Assembly (NCBI RefSeq): GCF_964194155.1
Contig: NC_135887.1
Location: 24,056,001-24,120,000, forward strand
Direction of reading: 5' to 3'
Source of the DNA: Cetorhinus maximus
Lineage: Eukaryota
Length of the DNA: 64,000 nucleotides
This document shows, piece by piece, positions 25,501 through 37,500 of this stretch; position 1 is the stretch's first letter, and every line of letters starts with the position of its first letter. A program made the position numbers and the translations under genes. Under the pieces are notes generated by a model, which was not told the DNA's origin, did not search any database, and saw only the letters and a program-made list of their open reading frames with translations.

Positions 25501-28500
25501 TAGAGTCAACTTGTGGAGCCACCTGCTCCTGCCTTCCTTTAACTCCCAGCACAGGGTTAGACACAGAGTAAAGCTCCCTCTACACTGTCCCCATCAAACA
25601 CGCCCAGGACTGGTACAGCTCGGGATTAGATAGAGAGTAAAGGTCCCTCTACACTGTCACCATCAAACTCTCCCAGGGCAGGTACAGCATGGGGTTAGAT
25701 AGAGAGTAAAACTCCCTCTACACTGTCCCCATCAAACACTCCCAGGACAGGTACAGCACGGGGTTAGATACAGAGTAAAACTCCCTCTACACTGTCCCCA
25801 TCAAACACTCCCAGGACAGGTACAGCACAGGGGTTAGATACAGAGTAAAGCTCCCTCTATACTGCCCCCATCACACACTCCCAGGACAGGTACAGCACAG
25901 GATTAGAAACAAAATAAAGCTCCCTCTACAATGTCCCCATCAAACACTCCGAGGACAGGTACAGCACGGGGTTAGAGACAGAGTAAAGCTCCCTCTATAC
26001 TGCCCCCATCATACACTCCAAGGACAGGTACAGCACAGGATTAGATACAGAGTAAAGCCCCCTCCAAACTGCCCCCATCAAACACTCCCAGGACAGGTAC
26101 AGCTCGGGATTAGATACAGAGTAAAGGTCCCTCTACAATGTCCCCATCAAACACCCCCAGGACAGGTACAACACGGAGTTAGATACAGAGTAAAACTCCC
26201 TCTACACTGTCCCCATCAAACACTCCCAGGACAGGTACAACACGGAGTTAGATACAGAGTAAAGCTCCCTCTACACCGTCCCCATCAAACACCCCCAGAA
26301 CAGATACAGCACAGGGTTAGATACAATGTAAAGCTCCCACTACACTGTCCCCATCAAACACTCCCAGGACAGGTACAGCACGGGGTTAGATACAGAGTAA
26401 AGCTCCCTCTACACTGTCCCCATGAAACACTCCCAGGACAGGTACAGCACGGAGTTAGATACAGAGTAAAGCTCCCTCTACACTGTTCCCATCAAACACT
26501 CCCAGGACACGGGGTTAGATGTAATGTTTACTTCTGGATTGTGCCCACACTGGGAATCTGGACTCTGATCTCCTGAACTTATTTGTGTGTTTTGTATATT
26601 TTAGAGTTTTTCACCCCCCTCACTGTTATGGGACCTAATAATTCTTTGTAAGAACCAGGCAAAGATTGAATACAGAGAAAAGGGAATTTTTTAAAATTCA
26701 TGATTTATTGCTGATATATATTGTTAAACTCTGGCTTTCTATACACTGTAATATGGCTTTCTTTATCCATATGCTGTTCCTCTTTTATAATCCAATGCCT
26801 GAATTACGTGTCGATGAGTTATGTGTTAATAACTTGGAATCAGCAGCAGTCCTTCAGAGATAAAGCATATCATTGGGTGAAGTGATCTGCAAGTTGGCAT
26901 TGCCAATCTATACATCTATACAATCTACTCTATACAATCTGTTGGGAATAGCTGCATTAGCCAGAAATCAGGGGCTTGATAATGATACCTTCCCATCAAC
27001 CAGGGCAGTTTGTAATTAGATTATTAAACATTTTTAATGTTTAACTTTATCCAACAGTTTCTCTGTAGCATTAAGAGTGCAAAAAGTTAGAAACAGGGCA
27101 CAGTGCAGAATGATGGCAAGGTAAAGGGGTTCTGGGAGTTTATGTCAAGTTTTAAAAGCTTACTGCAGCTAAAAGAAACTCTTGAAGCTGCTTGCGTCAG
27201 CTCAAACAGAGAGGGAGGCGTTTGTTTACGATAAGGAGCAACAGGATGAGACAGCCCTAAAATAAGAGGAAATAGAACAGCCATGAACAAGCAGAACATT
27301 ACGTGATGCACATTGCTCACTTAACTATGACTGGACACAGGGATGGGTTAATTGGGTAAGAGTTCGACTAGAAGAGACCCTCCCAAATAAGGCCACATGG
27401 TGGAGAAAACTAGAAACCAGAAAACAAGAGACAAGAAGGGAGAGAGAAAAAGAAAAACAGAGAAGAGCTCAAAGATCAAAAAAGTGCAAGAAGCGAAGGT
27501 CATTGTCCATATCCCACCCAGTCTTTATATGGGGAGTATTTAGCTGACATTAGACGGTAAATCACTACCTGAGTTTATTGCTATAAATTACCAGGAATCG
27601 GAATAATCTTGTTCTGACTTTATCTCATTAAAGGAGCCTGAAGACTGAACTTTGTGGCCAGTCTGTTCCCATAACAACAGGGCCTCAAACCCCACCCCCA
27701 TAATCAACAGTCGGCATTGTTAATTTCAGCAACAGTTTCATGGCCTCCCATTGGATGGTCTTTATTGAAATCCCAGGGAAATGGTAAATACTGCTTGTTA
27801 AGACTGTTTCTACAGGATTTCTAGCCATGGTACATTGGGGGATTTGGGGAAGCCCAATAGAACATCATCCCAGCATCTTTGCACCAGAGATGGGAGATCA
27901 ACATCAGGCTGGCCTTTGATGGTCTTCTTGTTCTGAAAATGGTGGGAATGAATGTGGATCATGTATGAAGGAACATTATTCTTGACTCTGGAGGCACCAG
28001 CGATTGGTGCCGCTGGCATGGGCCACCTTCATACCATTGTATACCTAACTCTACATGTAACCTTCTTCTTCCCTACAACCCACAGAGATTTCAGCACTCC
28101 TCTAATTCTGGCCTCTTGCACATCCCCCAATTATAATCAGTGCACCATGGCTTCCACTCCGCCATGCATTCAGCCCTAAGCTCAGGAATTTCTGTACTAA
28201 ACCTCTCTGCCTCTCTCTCTCTCCTCCTTTAAGATGACCCTTAAAGCCTGTGTCTTTGACCAAGCCTTTGTTCTAATTTCTTGCCTGATATGACTGTACC
28301 AGATTATGTTTGATAATCGCTCCTGTGAAGTATCTTGGGATGTTTTCCAATATTGAAGGCGCTATATAAATGCAAGATGTTGTTGCAACTGAGGTATATT
28401 TTCATTTACTCATACAGTTCCATAACTCTGATTTTAAACAACCGATTATATTGTGTTGACTGTCCCTCAGGGCCACAGGTACAGACACACAGCAGCATTA

Positions 28501-31500
28501 AACAATTCACTGTCCTTAAAAAAACAGCCACTTACTTCAGTCCCAGGAATAAAGCCTGTAGCCATAGCCAGCAGAGAAAAAACATGATCAGCATGTTGGG
28601 AAACGCGAAGCCAAACCACGAGGCAAAATTAATCACATCTCCATTGTCCGGAAATATCCTTCACAAACACAAGATCAAAAAGAAATCATTAAAATACACT
28701 CACGTTCTTTCATAAAACACCTTTTCAGTGACCTGTTTTTACTCATTCTTGGGACGTGAGCATTGCTAGCAAGACCAGCACGTATTGTCCATCCCTAACT
28801 GCCCATGGGAAGGGGTGGTGAGCCGCCTTCTTGAATACAACTGAGTGCCTTGCTAGACCATTTTAGAGGGTGGTTTGGAATCAACCACATTGCTGTGGGT
28901 CTGGAGTCACATGGAGGCCAGTCCAGGTAAGGGACGGCAGATTTCCTTCCCTAAAGAATATTGGTGAACCAGATGGGTTTTTACGATATTTCAGTAGTTT
29001 CGTGGCCACCATTACTGAGACTAGCTTTTTAATACAGATTTTATTGAATGAATTGAATTTAAATTCCCCCAACTGCCAAGGTGGGATTTGAACCCATGTT
29101 CAGAGCTCTAAATGACTAGTCCAGTCACATAACCACTATGCTATATACCCCTAAACTGACACTGAGAACGAGAGAGATTGCTATGATGATCAGAACAGGA
29201 GGATGCCATTTAGTCTGTCCCACCATTCAGTTAGATCATGGTTGATATGTATCTTCACTCCATGTACCCTTCTTTGGTTTCCTTAATCCCCTTACCCAAC
29301 AAAATCAATCAACCCCAGTTTTGAAATTTCCCATTGATCCCTAGTCTCAATGGGCTTTTGGAGGGAGAGAGTTCCAGATTTCCACTCCCCTTTGTGTGAA
29401 CAAGTGCTTCCTAACATCGCCCCTGAACGGCCTGGCTCGAATTTTAAGGTTCTGTCCTGTTGTCCTGGACTTGCACTCCTCACAGGAATTATCTCTATCT
29501 ACTCCATCAAATCCTTTAATCATTTTTAACACCTCAATATGATCACACCTTAACCTTCTATACTCAAAGAACTACAAGACTAACCTGTGAAACTCTTGAT
29601 TTAAGCCATAATTCAACCCTTTTAGCCCCAGTATCATTCCGATGAATCTGCAACACACTCCCTCCAGGGGCAATGCTGAGGTGCGGTGCCCGGAACTGAA
29701 CACAGTTACTCCAGATGGGGTCTGACTGGAGCTTTATATAAACTGTAACATCAGTTCCTCTCCTTTGTATTCCAGCTCCATTGAGATAAAGACCAATATC
29801 CCATTAGCTTTTGGAATTATTGTCCACCAGTGATTTCTGTACTTGGATCCTTAAATCTCTCTCTCTGCTCCTTCAGTTTTTAACTTCCCCTCATTTAAAA
29901 AATACTCTGTTGTATCCTGCCTCAGCTCAATGTGGATCACCTCACAGTTTCCCCACGGAAGAATTTCTTCACAAAGGAGGAATGGAAATCTGGAACTCTT
30001 TCTCCCAAAACACTGTTGAGGCTGGGGGCTGGATTTTCGCTACCGAGTTGAGTAACTCAAGTCAGGAAATTCTCCGACTTGGCTTGGTTTTAAGGGTCCC
30101 ATTAGATCAAATTTTTGCTCTGGGGAGGCGAGGACAGCGTAGACTCCGGCCCACCGGAGGCAGAGCATAGGTGACCATGGGGTGGAGGGGGGGGATGCTG
30201 GCAAGTGCTGAGGTGGGCTGGTTAGAAGGCCCACCTCAGTTCTCTGTGACCTTGTTATTTAGACACTGTTAATCCCTCGAGCCCTTACCCTTCGCACCAT
30301 CTCACCCCCACCCACTCCTCATGCCTCTCCGCACCAATTCATGTCCTCCACCCAGACCATGCCCCATCATAGCCCCATGCCACCTCCATGCCAACTCATG
30401 TGCCCACTCACCCCATGCCACCTCATACCCAAATGATATCTCCATAGCCACTCACCCAGTGCCCACTATGGGTAGACCTCAGGAGCCATGTGGACCTCTG
30501 AAGAAGAGTCATATGGACTTGAAACATTAACTCTGTTTCTCTTTCCACAGATGCTGCCAGAACTGCTGACTTTTCCCAGTATTTTCTGTTTTTATTTCAG
30601 ATTTCCAGCATCCTCAGTATTTTGCTTTTATCAAAGACAGTTAATTCTTTATTAGCCTCTTTAAACTCTCAATCAAATTGCAAACTCAACCCTCCCACTG
30701 AGATAAGTGCTTATGTGGCTTTTGAAACTCAGCCAAGCATTTATAATGACCTCAGTTTTAATTAAAGCTCATGGGAAATGTCAACCAAGAACTCTATTGA
30801 AAGTCCAGGAACAGCTAGTAAAGGTTTTCTCTAATCTACACCAGATGTCCTGTCAATCAAAACAGAGGGTGATTTTTAAATTCTGACAGCTTCAGCCTGT
30901 TTCCTGTTTAAAGCGCTGGGGATTTAAATTTTTCAAATTATTACACTAAAAGAGGTCTTAGAACCATAGAACCATAGAACACTACAGCACAGAAAACAGG
31001 CCATTCGGCCCTTCTAGTCTGTGCCAAAATATTATTCCGCTAGTCCCATTGACCTGCACCTAGTCCATAACCCTCCAGACCTCTCCCATCCATGTATCTA
31101 TCCAATTTATTCTTAAAACTTAAGAGTGAGCCCGCATTTACCACGTCAGATGGTAGCTCGTTCCACACTCTCACCACTCTCTGAGTGAAGAAGTTCCCCC
31201 TAATGTTCCCCCTAAACCTTTCCCCTTTCACCCTAAAGCCATGTCCTCTCGTGTTTATCTCTCCTAATCTAAGTGGAAAGAGCCTACTCGCATTTACTCT
31301 GTCTATACCCCTCATAATTTTGTAAACTTCTATCAAATCTCCCATCATTCTTCTACGCTCCAAGGAATAAAGTCCTAACCTGTCTAATCTTTCCCTGTAA
31401 CTCAACTCCTTAAGACCCGGCAACATCCTAGTAAATCTTCTCTGCACTTTCTCAATCTTACTGATATCCTTCCTGTAGTTAGGCGACCAGAACTGCACAC

Positions 31501-34500
31501 AATACTCCAAAGTTGGCCTTACCAATGTCTTATACAACCTCACCATAACATCCCAGCTCCTATACTCAATACTTTGATTTATGAAGGCCAGTATGCCAAA
31601 AGCTCTCTTTACAACCCTGTCTACCTGTGACGCCACTTTCAGGGAATTATGTATCTGAACTCCCAGTTCCCTTTGTTCCTCCGCACTCCTCAGTGCCCTA
31701 CCATTTACTGTTTACCTTCACAAGCATTTATAGCTGGTATATAAATTTATGACTCCTACACTGCAGGTTAAGGCCCTTGGAAGAAGAAAAATGGGGTCTG
31801 TTTGAACTGAGCACTAATTTCAAATGCGCCTGCTGAGTTTAGGTTTCCCATCCCCCCCCCCCTGCTGCCGAAAAAATGGGATCTATCAAAAACAGGGCCT
31901 GGTCCCACCCGCTATTTTTAAAGGTGTCCAGAGTCAGCCTGACTCCCCAAAAGTCAACAAAAAATTTCAAAGCTAGGGTTGATAAATTTTTGTCGGTAAG
32001 GATATTAAGGATTATGGGATCAAAGTGGGTTAATTGGAGTTAAATTTACAGAGTGTCCATTTACACCACTGTCCCAGACAATCAGTTGGAGCTAGGGTGG
32101 GATTTGCATCAGGACTCACAGCAAACAGTCAACTTTCCAGCCAACAAAGTTGACTCAAGAAGACCATAGAAAATCAGACACATGATGAAATCTGCAGCTG
32201 CATTTCCCAATAAAAGCAGGGTGAATTCTCCACCAAAAATGCAATCACTGGAGGATTGTTACACATTACAAATTCTGCGACTCGTGTTTTTTATTCTTAA
32301 TGCCCCCCCTCTACCACTCCTCCACCCTCCCCCCACCCCACCCCAGAAGCACCCTGGCAAGTCTGACAAGCCATTTAATTATATAAAATAAAACAGAATC
32401 ACTTTCTAGGCTGAAAGGTTTGGCTGAGGTTCTGCGGGTAGCTAGTGATGGTGGAATTGTATCCCAGCATCTTGGGGAGACCAGATATGAATTTTGAAAT
32501 TAAAAAACAGATTTTGTCAACTCAGTCTAAACCCCAAATAATATTACACAAGGAAAGCATGAATACACCTGAGGAGAAAGTAGAGAGAGGAAGAGAGAGA
32601 GATGGAAAAGAGCAAAAGTAAGAGAGAGAGAGAGAAAGAGAGAATCAAGAAAGAGTGAGGGAGAGAGAGAGAGAAAAAGAGGAAGAAACACAGAGATACT
32701 GACAGCCTAAGTGATGTTATAAATTCATTCTATTTACGTGGAGTCAAAGAAAGAAGAGCTGACAGGTAAATTGCCTCTCCCCTAGTCTTCTAGGATATGA
32801 TTTACGTTATGTGAGATTTTAAGGGCTGTCCTGTGGTCTTATGCTCTCAGTATGTGGGTGAGAGAATCAGGATTACAGTCCTGTTTCCAAATTACACTCC
32901 TTGTGAACACAGTCCACCTCAAGGTTATTGGAACATCCCATTTCGCTATCAACAGCAATGGCCATTAACAAGTGCACTATTTATAAATTTACAGCACCTT
33001 CTCAATCCAAAATCATCTCAAAGTGTTGCCACTGCAATGAATTATTGTAGACTGTGTGGTATAAGGGTCTGGCATTGAAAGGGTTAAGGTGGGACTGGGT
33101 ATAGTAAAGTCCTGTGATGTAAAGGAACACATGACCCAAGTCTAGAGAGAGTCTTGTACTAGACAGAGATGTATGTAGAGGCAAGCATGGAGACAGGTCC
33201 TAGCTTAGACCTGACACTGTATATATGTATACAGTTACTATTAGTTAATAAACAATTACTGTCAAACTATACAAGACTCAGAACCTCTTCATGAGACCTC
33301 CTGAACTACACAAAATATCTTACAACATGGTGACAGCTATCAGAACAACCCAGATCTTCACCGAAGCTGCAGAAGAAATTTCAAAGCTGGAAGATTGAAA
33401 AGCAGCATTCTGACCCAACGAAATGCACCAGAAGCAAAGCTGCAGAAGGAGCTTGTCAGACAAAAGCTTTAAAGCGGGGCAGGAAGCAGAGACAGAAATA
33501 AAGCTCCACACTGCAGCAGGAGACTCCATTGAATCTAGTGGAAGTCGAGCTTCAATACCCAGAGAGAGTGCAGAGTCAGAACACCCAGCAGGAGTGAGCT
33601 AAAAAAGAACAACTTAATTTCGTGGCCAGAATGAGTTTTAACAAGCTTTGAAGTCAGCAGCAGTCAGAATTGTCATTCGAAGGAGCAGCCAGTGACCAGA
33701 GAAGAGAGACTCTGAAAGGAACTGAAAGCCCAGGTGAAGTTGTTAAGCTTGTATTAGGGTCCTGCAGACAATTCAGAACACCAGAAGAGTAGTTGCTCAG
33801 CTGGATGAAAAGATTCATAAGCTTGAAAAACAACTGGAAAATTAAAGAGTTATCACATTTTTGGCTATTGTGAATCAAGTGGGAATGAAGATTCCATTCT
33901 GGAAACATCAATTCCCATGTAAACCGCATGTGGGAAGAAAAACCAACCAAATGCCAGAACAGCACATCCAAAACAACCTCCTAATCATCCAGGTTTACCC
34001 AGTACAACAGAGTCTACCACTCCTCCAACTGTTATAAAGACGATATCTGGAAGAATTATAAAGCCTCCAGGCCACCTGAACCTGTAAACACAGAGACTTG
34101 GTGGTGGGGGTGGGGAGAAGGGTGTCATAGAAGTAATGTAAATGTGCTGGGTAAACAGGAATGTATGGTAAATACTTTGAATAAAGGCTTGGAGGAGGCG
34201 TATAAGGGTCTGGCATAGATAGGGTTAACATGGGACTGAGTATAGTGCCACCCACATAGTGATGTAAAGGAGCATTTGACCCGGTCCAGAGGCAATTCTG
34301 TATGAACAGAGACATATATAGATGCATGCAGGGAAATAGCTCCTAGCTGAGAACTTAGACTGTATGTAGGTATATAGTTAATAGTAGTTAATAAAAGCTT
34401 ATTGTTAAACTATTCAAGACTCAGAACCTCTATGAGACCTACTGAACTACACATAACATCTTACAACAAAGTGAAGCGAGTGTTGTTCTGTAGGCAGCAC

Positions 34501-37500
34501 CCACCCCAGCCTTTCTTAGGATGAGGTCTCAGAAGCCGGAACCAGCTAAATCCTTACTTCCCTAATTTTTGTTGCAGCAGAAACATTGGTCAGACACAGG
34601 AAGAATCGTTAACATTCACCAGAGCAGAAAGACAGGGCTTCGGTTTAAAGCCACATCTAAAAGGCAACACCTCAGTACTGACCCTCCAACAGTGCAGCGC
34701 TCCCTCAGTACTGACCCTCCAACAGTGCAGCGCTCCCTCAGTACAGACCCACCAACAGTGCGGCACTCCTTCAGTACTAACCCTGCAACAGTGCAGCACT
34801 CCCTCAGTACAGACCCTCCGACAGTGCAGCACTCCTTCAGTACTGACCCTGCAACAGTGCAGCACTCCCTCAGTACAGACCCTCCGACAGTGCAGTACTC
34901 CCTCAGTACAGACCCTCCGACAGTGTAGCGCTCCCTCAGTACTGACCCTCCGACAGTGCGGCGCTCCCTTGGTGTTGACCCTCCGACAGTGCAGCACTGC
35001 CTCAGTACTGACCCTCTGACAGTGCGGCAGTCCCTCAGTACTGACCCTCCAACAGTGCAGCACTCCCTCAGTACTGACCCTCTGACAGGGCAGCAGTCCC
35101 TCAGTACTGACCCTCCGACAGTGCAGCACTCCCTCAGTTACTGACCTTCCCACAGTGAGGCACTTGCTCAGTACGCACCTTCTGACAGTGCAGTGCTCCC
35201 TCTGTACCGGCTCTCCAACAGTGCAGCACTGCCTCAGTACCGACCCTCTGACAGTGCGGCAGTCCCTCAGTACTGACCCTCCAACAGTGCAGCACTCCCT
35301 CAGTGCTGACCCTCCAGCAGTGCGGCACTCCCTCAGTACTGACCCTCCGACAGTGCGGCACTCCTTCAGTACTGACCCTCCGACAGTTCGGCACTCCTTC
35401 AGTACTGACCCTTCGACAGTGCAGCACTGCCTCAGTATCGACCCTCTGACAATGCGGCGCTCCCTCACTACTGCACTGGTTGTGTGAGCCTGAATTGTAC
35501 GTTCAAGTTTCTAGAGTTGTGCTTGAACTGATTTTGGCTCAGAGATTGGGAACTCCTCACTGAGCCACAACATTTATTCAGGAATTTCATTTTAAAAGGA
35601 ATAAGATGAGGTTGGGACTGATACAATCGAGGGAACAGTTTAGTAAATAACAGCACATTCCACACAGCTTTTGAGAGGAATTGTTTTGATAGTGTAAAAT
35701 GATGCACTCACTGGTTGATTTGCCCCTGCAGAACCAGGTTGGCGGGGGTGCCAGTCAGAGTTGCAGTGCCACCGATACTGGCTGCGTAGCAGATGCACAG
35801 AGTCAGACCTTTATACATGTTCATCTGCTCATGTTCGTCCTTGTGTTCTATCATCATTGTGGAAACATTCACGCTCTTCACCTGAACATTTGTCTCTTCA
35901 CCTGGAGAAGCCAAACCTGCAGGGTACACAGAACAAAAAATGTCACAATCACTACCTCACCCCCAGTGGGGCAGACTCTTGTATTAAGCATGCTTTGGGG
36001 CCAATGGTGCAATAGCACTAATGGCAAGTGGGAGACATTTTTATAGCCGGGGCTCATAAGATCCCTAACAGCACTATGGGTGCACTTACGCCACATGGAC
36101 TGAAGCGGTTCAAGAAGCCAGCTCACCACCACCTTCTCAAGGGCAATTAGGGATGGGCAATAAATGCTGAACCAGCCAGCGAAGCCCACATCCCATGAAC
36201 GAATTTTTAAAAAATCATAAGAAAGATCAACCCAGAAGTATGAGGTGACATCCCCAGAAGGGGAGGTCAAACAAGGTAAACCTGTCTAACTTAGCTTTGA
36301 GTATACTGACAAAGCCTCCACTGCTCTCTGCGGTAGAGAATTTCAAAGATTCACAACCCCCTGAGAGAAGAAATTCTTCATCTCTGTCTTAAATGGGAGA
36401 CCTCTTATAACTGTGCCCCCAGTTCAAGATTCCCCAACGAGAGGAATCATCCTCTCAGCAGCTGTCCTGTCAAGTCCCCTCAGAATCTTATCTGTTTCAA
36501 TAAAATCACCTCTCATTCTTCTAAACTCCAATGGGTATAGGCCCAACCTGTCCAAAGTGTCCTTGACAAACCCCTTCATCCCATAATCAGCCTGGTGAAC
36601 TTTCTCTCAACTGCTTCCAATTCAAGTTTCTCCTTAAGGAAGGAGACGAAAGCTGAACCAAGGTCCTGAACAGATGTAGCAAGACTTCCTCACATTTATT
36701 CTCCATCCCCCTGGCTGTAAAAGGCCAACATTCCATTTGCTTCCCTAATTTCCTGCTGTACCTGCATGTTACCTTCTTGTGATTCATGATCAGGGACACC
36801 CAGGTGCCTCTGCAGTCTCTCTCCACTTAAATAATATTCTGCTTTTCTCATGTGTGTGATGCTGATGCACAACTAATACTGAACCAGTGGTTAGTGCGTC
36901 CAGTGCTCACTCTGTGAGGCAGAAGTGGATGTTCAAGGTTAAATAGGGAAAATAATGGGGGTGATGAATATTTGATTCATGAGATTATTACACAGCACGC
37001 TTTCTCCATCCAGACTCTGTGCCCTGACGGTGCTGATTATTGCTACACATGTAAAGAATGATTGGGGTAGACAGTGAAAAGAAGTAAGTTCAGCTGGACA
37101 GGGGGAAGAATAGCCCAGGGGCAACTGTCGACCATGGAACCCCTGCCACAATCTGCAATATCACAAGAGTTAGAACCACATCTCTCTGGCTCAGTAACAC
37201 CCTGGACACTGACCAGCTGTCCACACCACCCTCCCTCCCTCCCAACCCCCTCACAGGGGTTTGAATCCCCTGGGGCTGCTTAGACTTCCACTGTGAATGG
37301 CCTCCTTCTGTGTTATAATGACTCTGAAACACGCATGGCCTGGGGAGTGGGAGTAAAGTGAGAAATCGTATGAAAGACACCTCATTGAGAGGGTTAATGT
37401 GTTAGAGACCTGTCAACTCCATGTCAGGAATGGTGATCTTTGACTCCACTTCCATTTCATGAGCAGAAGAATGGGAATTTTCCAATTCCACCCTTGATGC

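Noticed and set aside
31040-31636. Clean 198-aa ORF as a host gene
   Set aside because: It is the C-terminus of CR1 ORF2 in a 5'-truncated insertion with the typical 3' tail.
34590-35468. 292-aa and related ([11 protein letters not shown])n ORFs, also at 23848-24526
   Set aside because: Translations of the 33-bp minisatellite; open in several frames on both strands, with no gene context.
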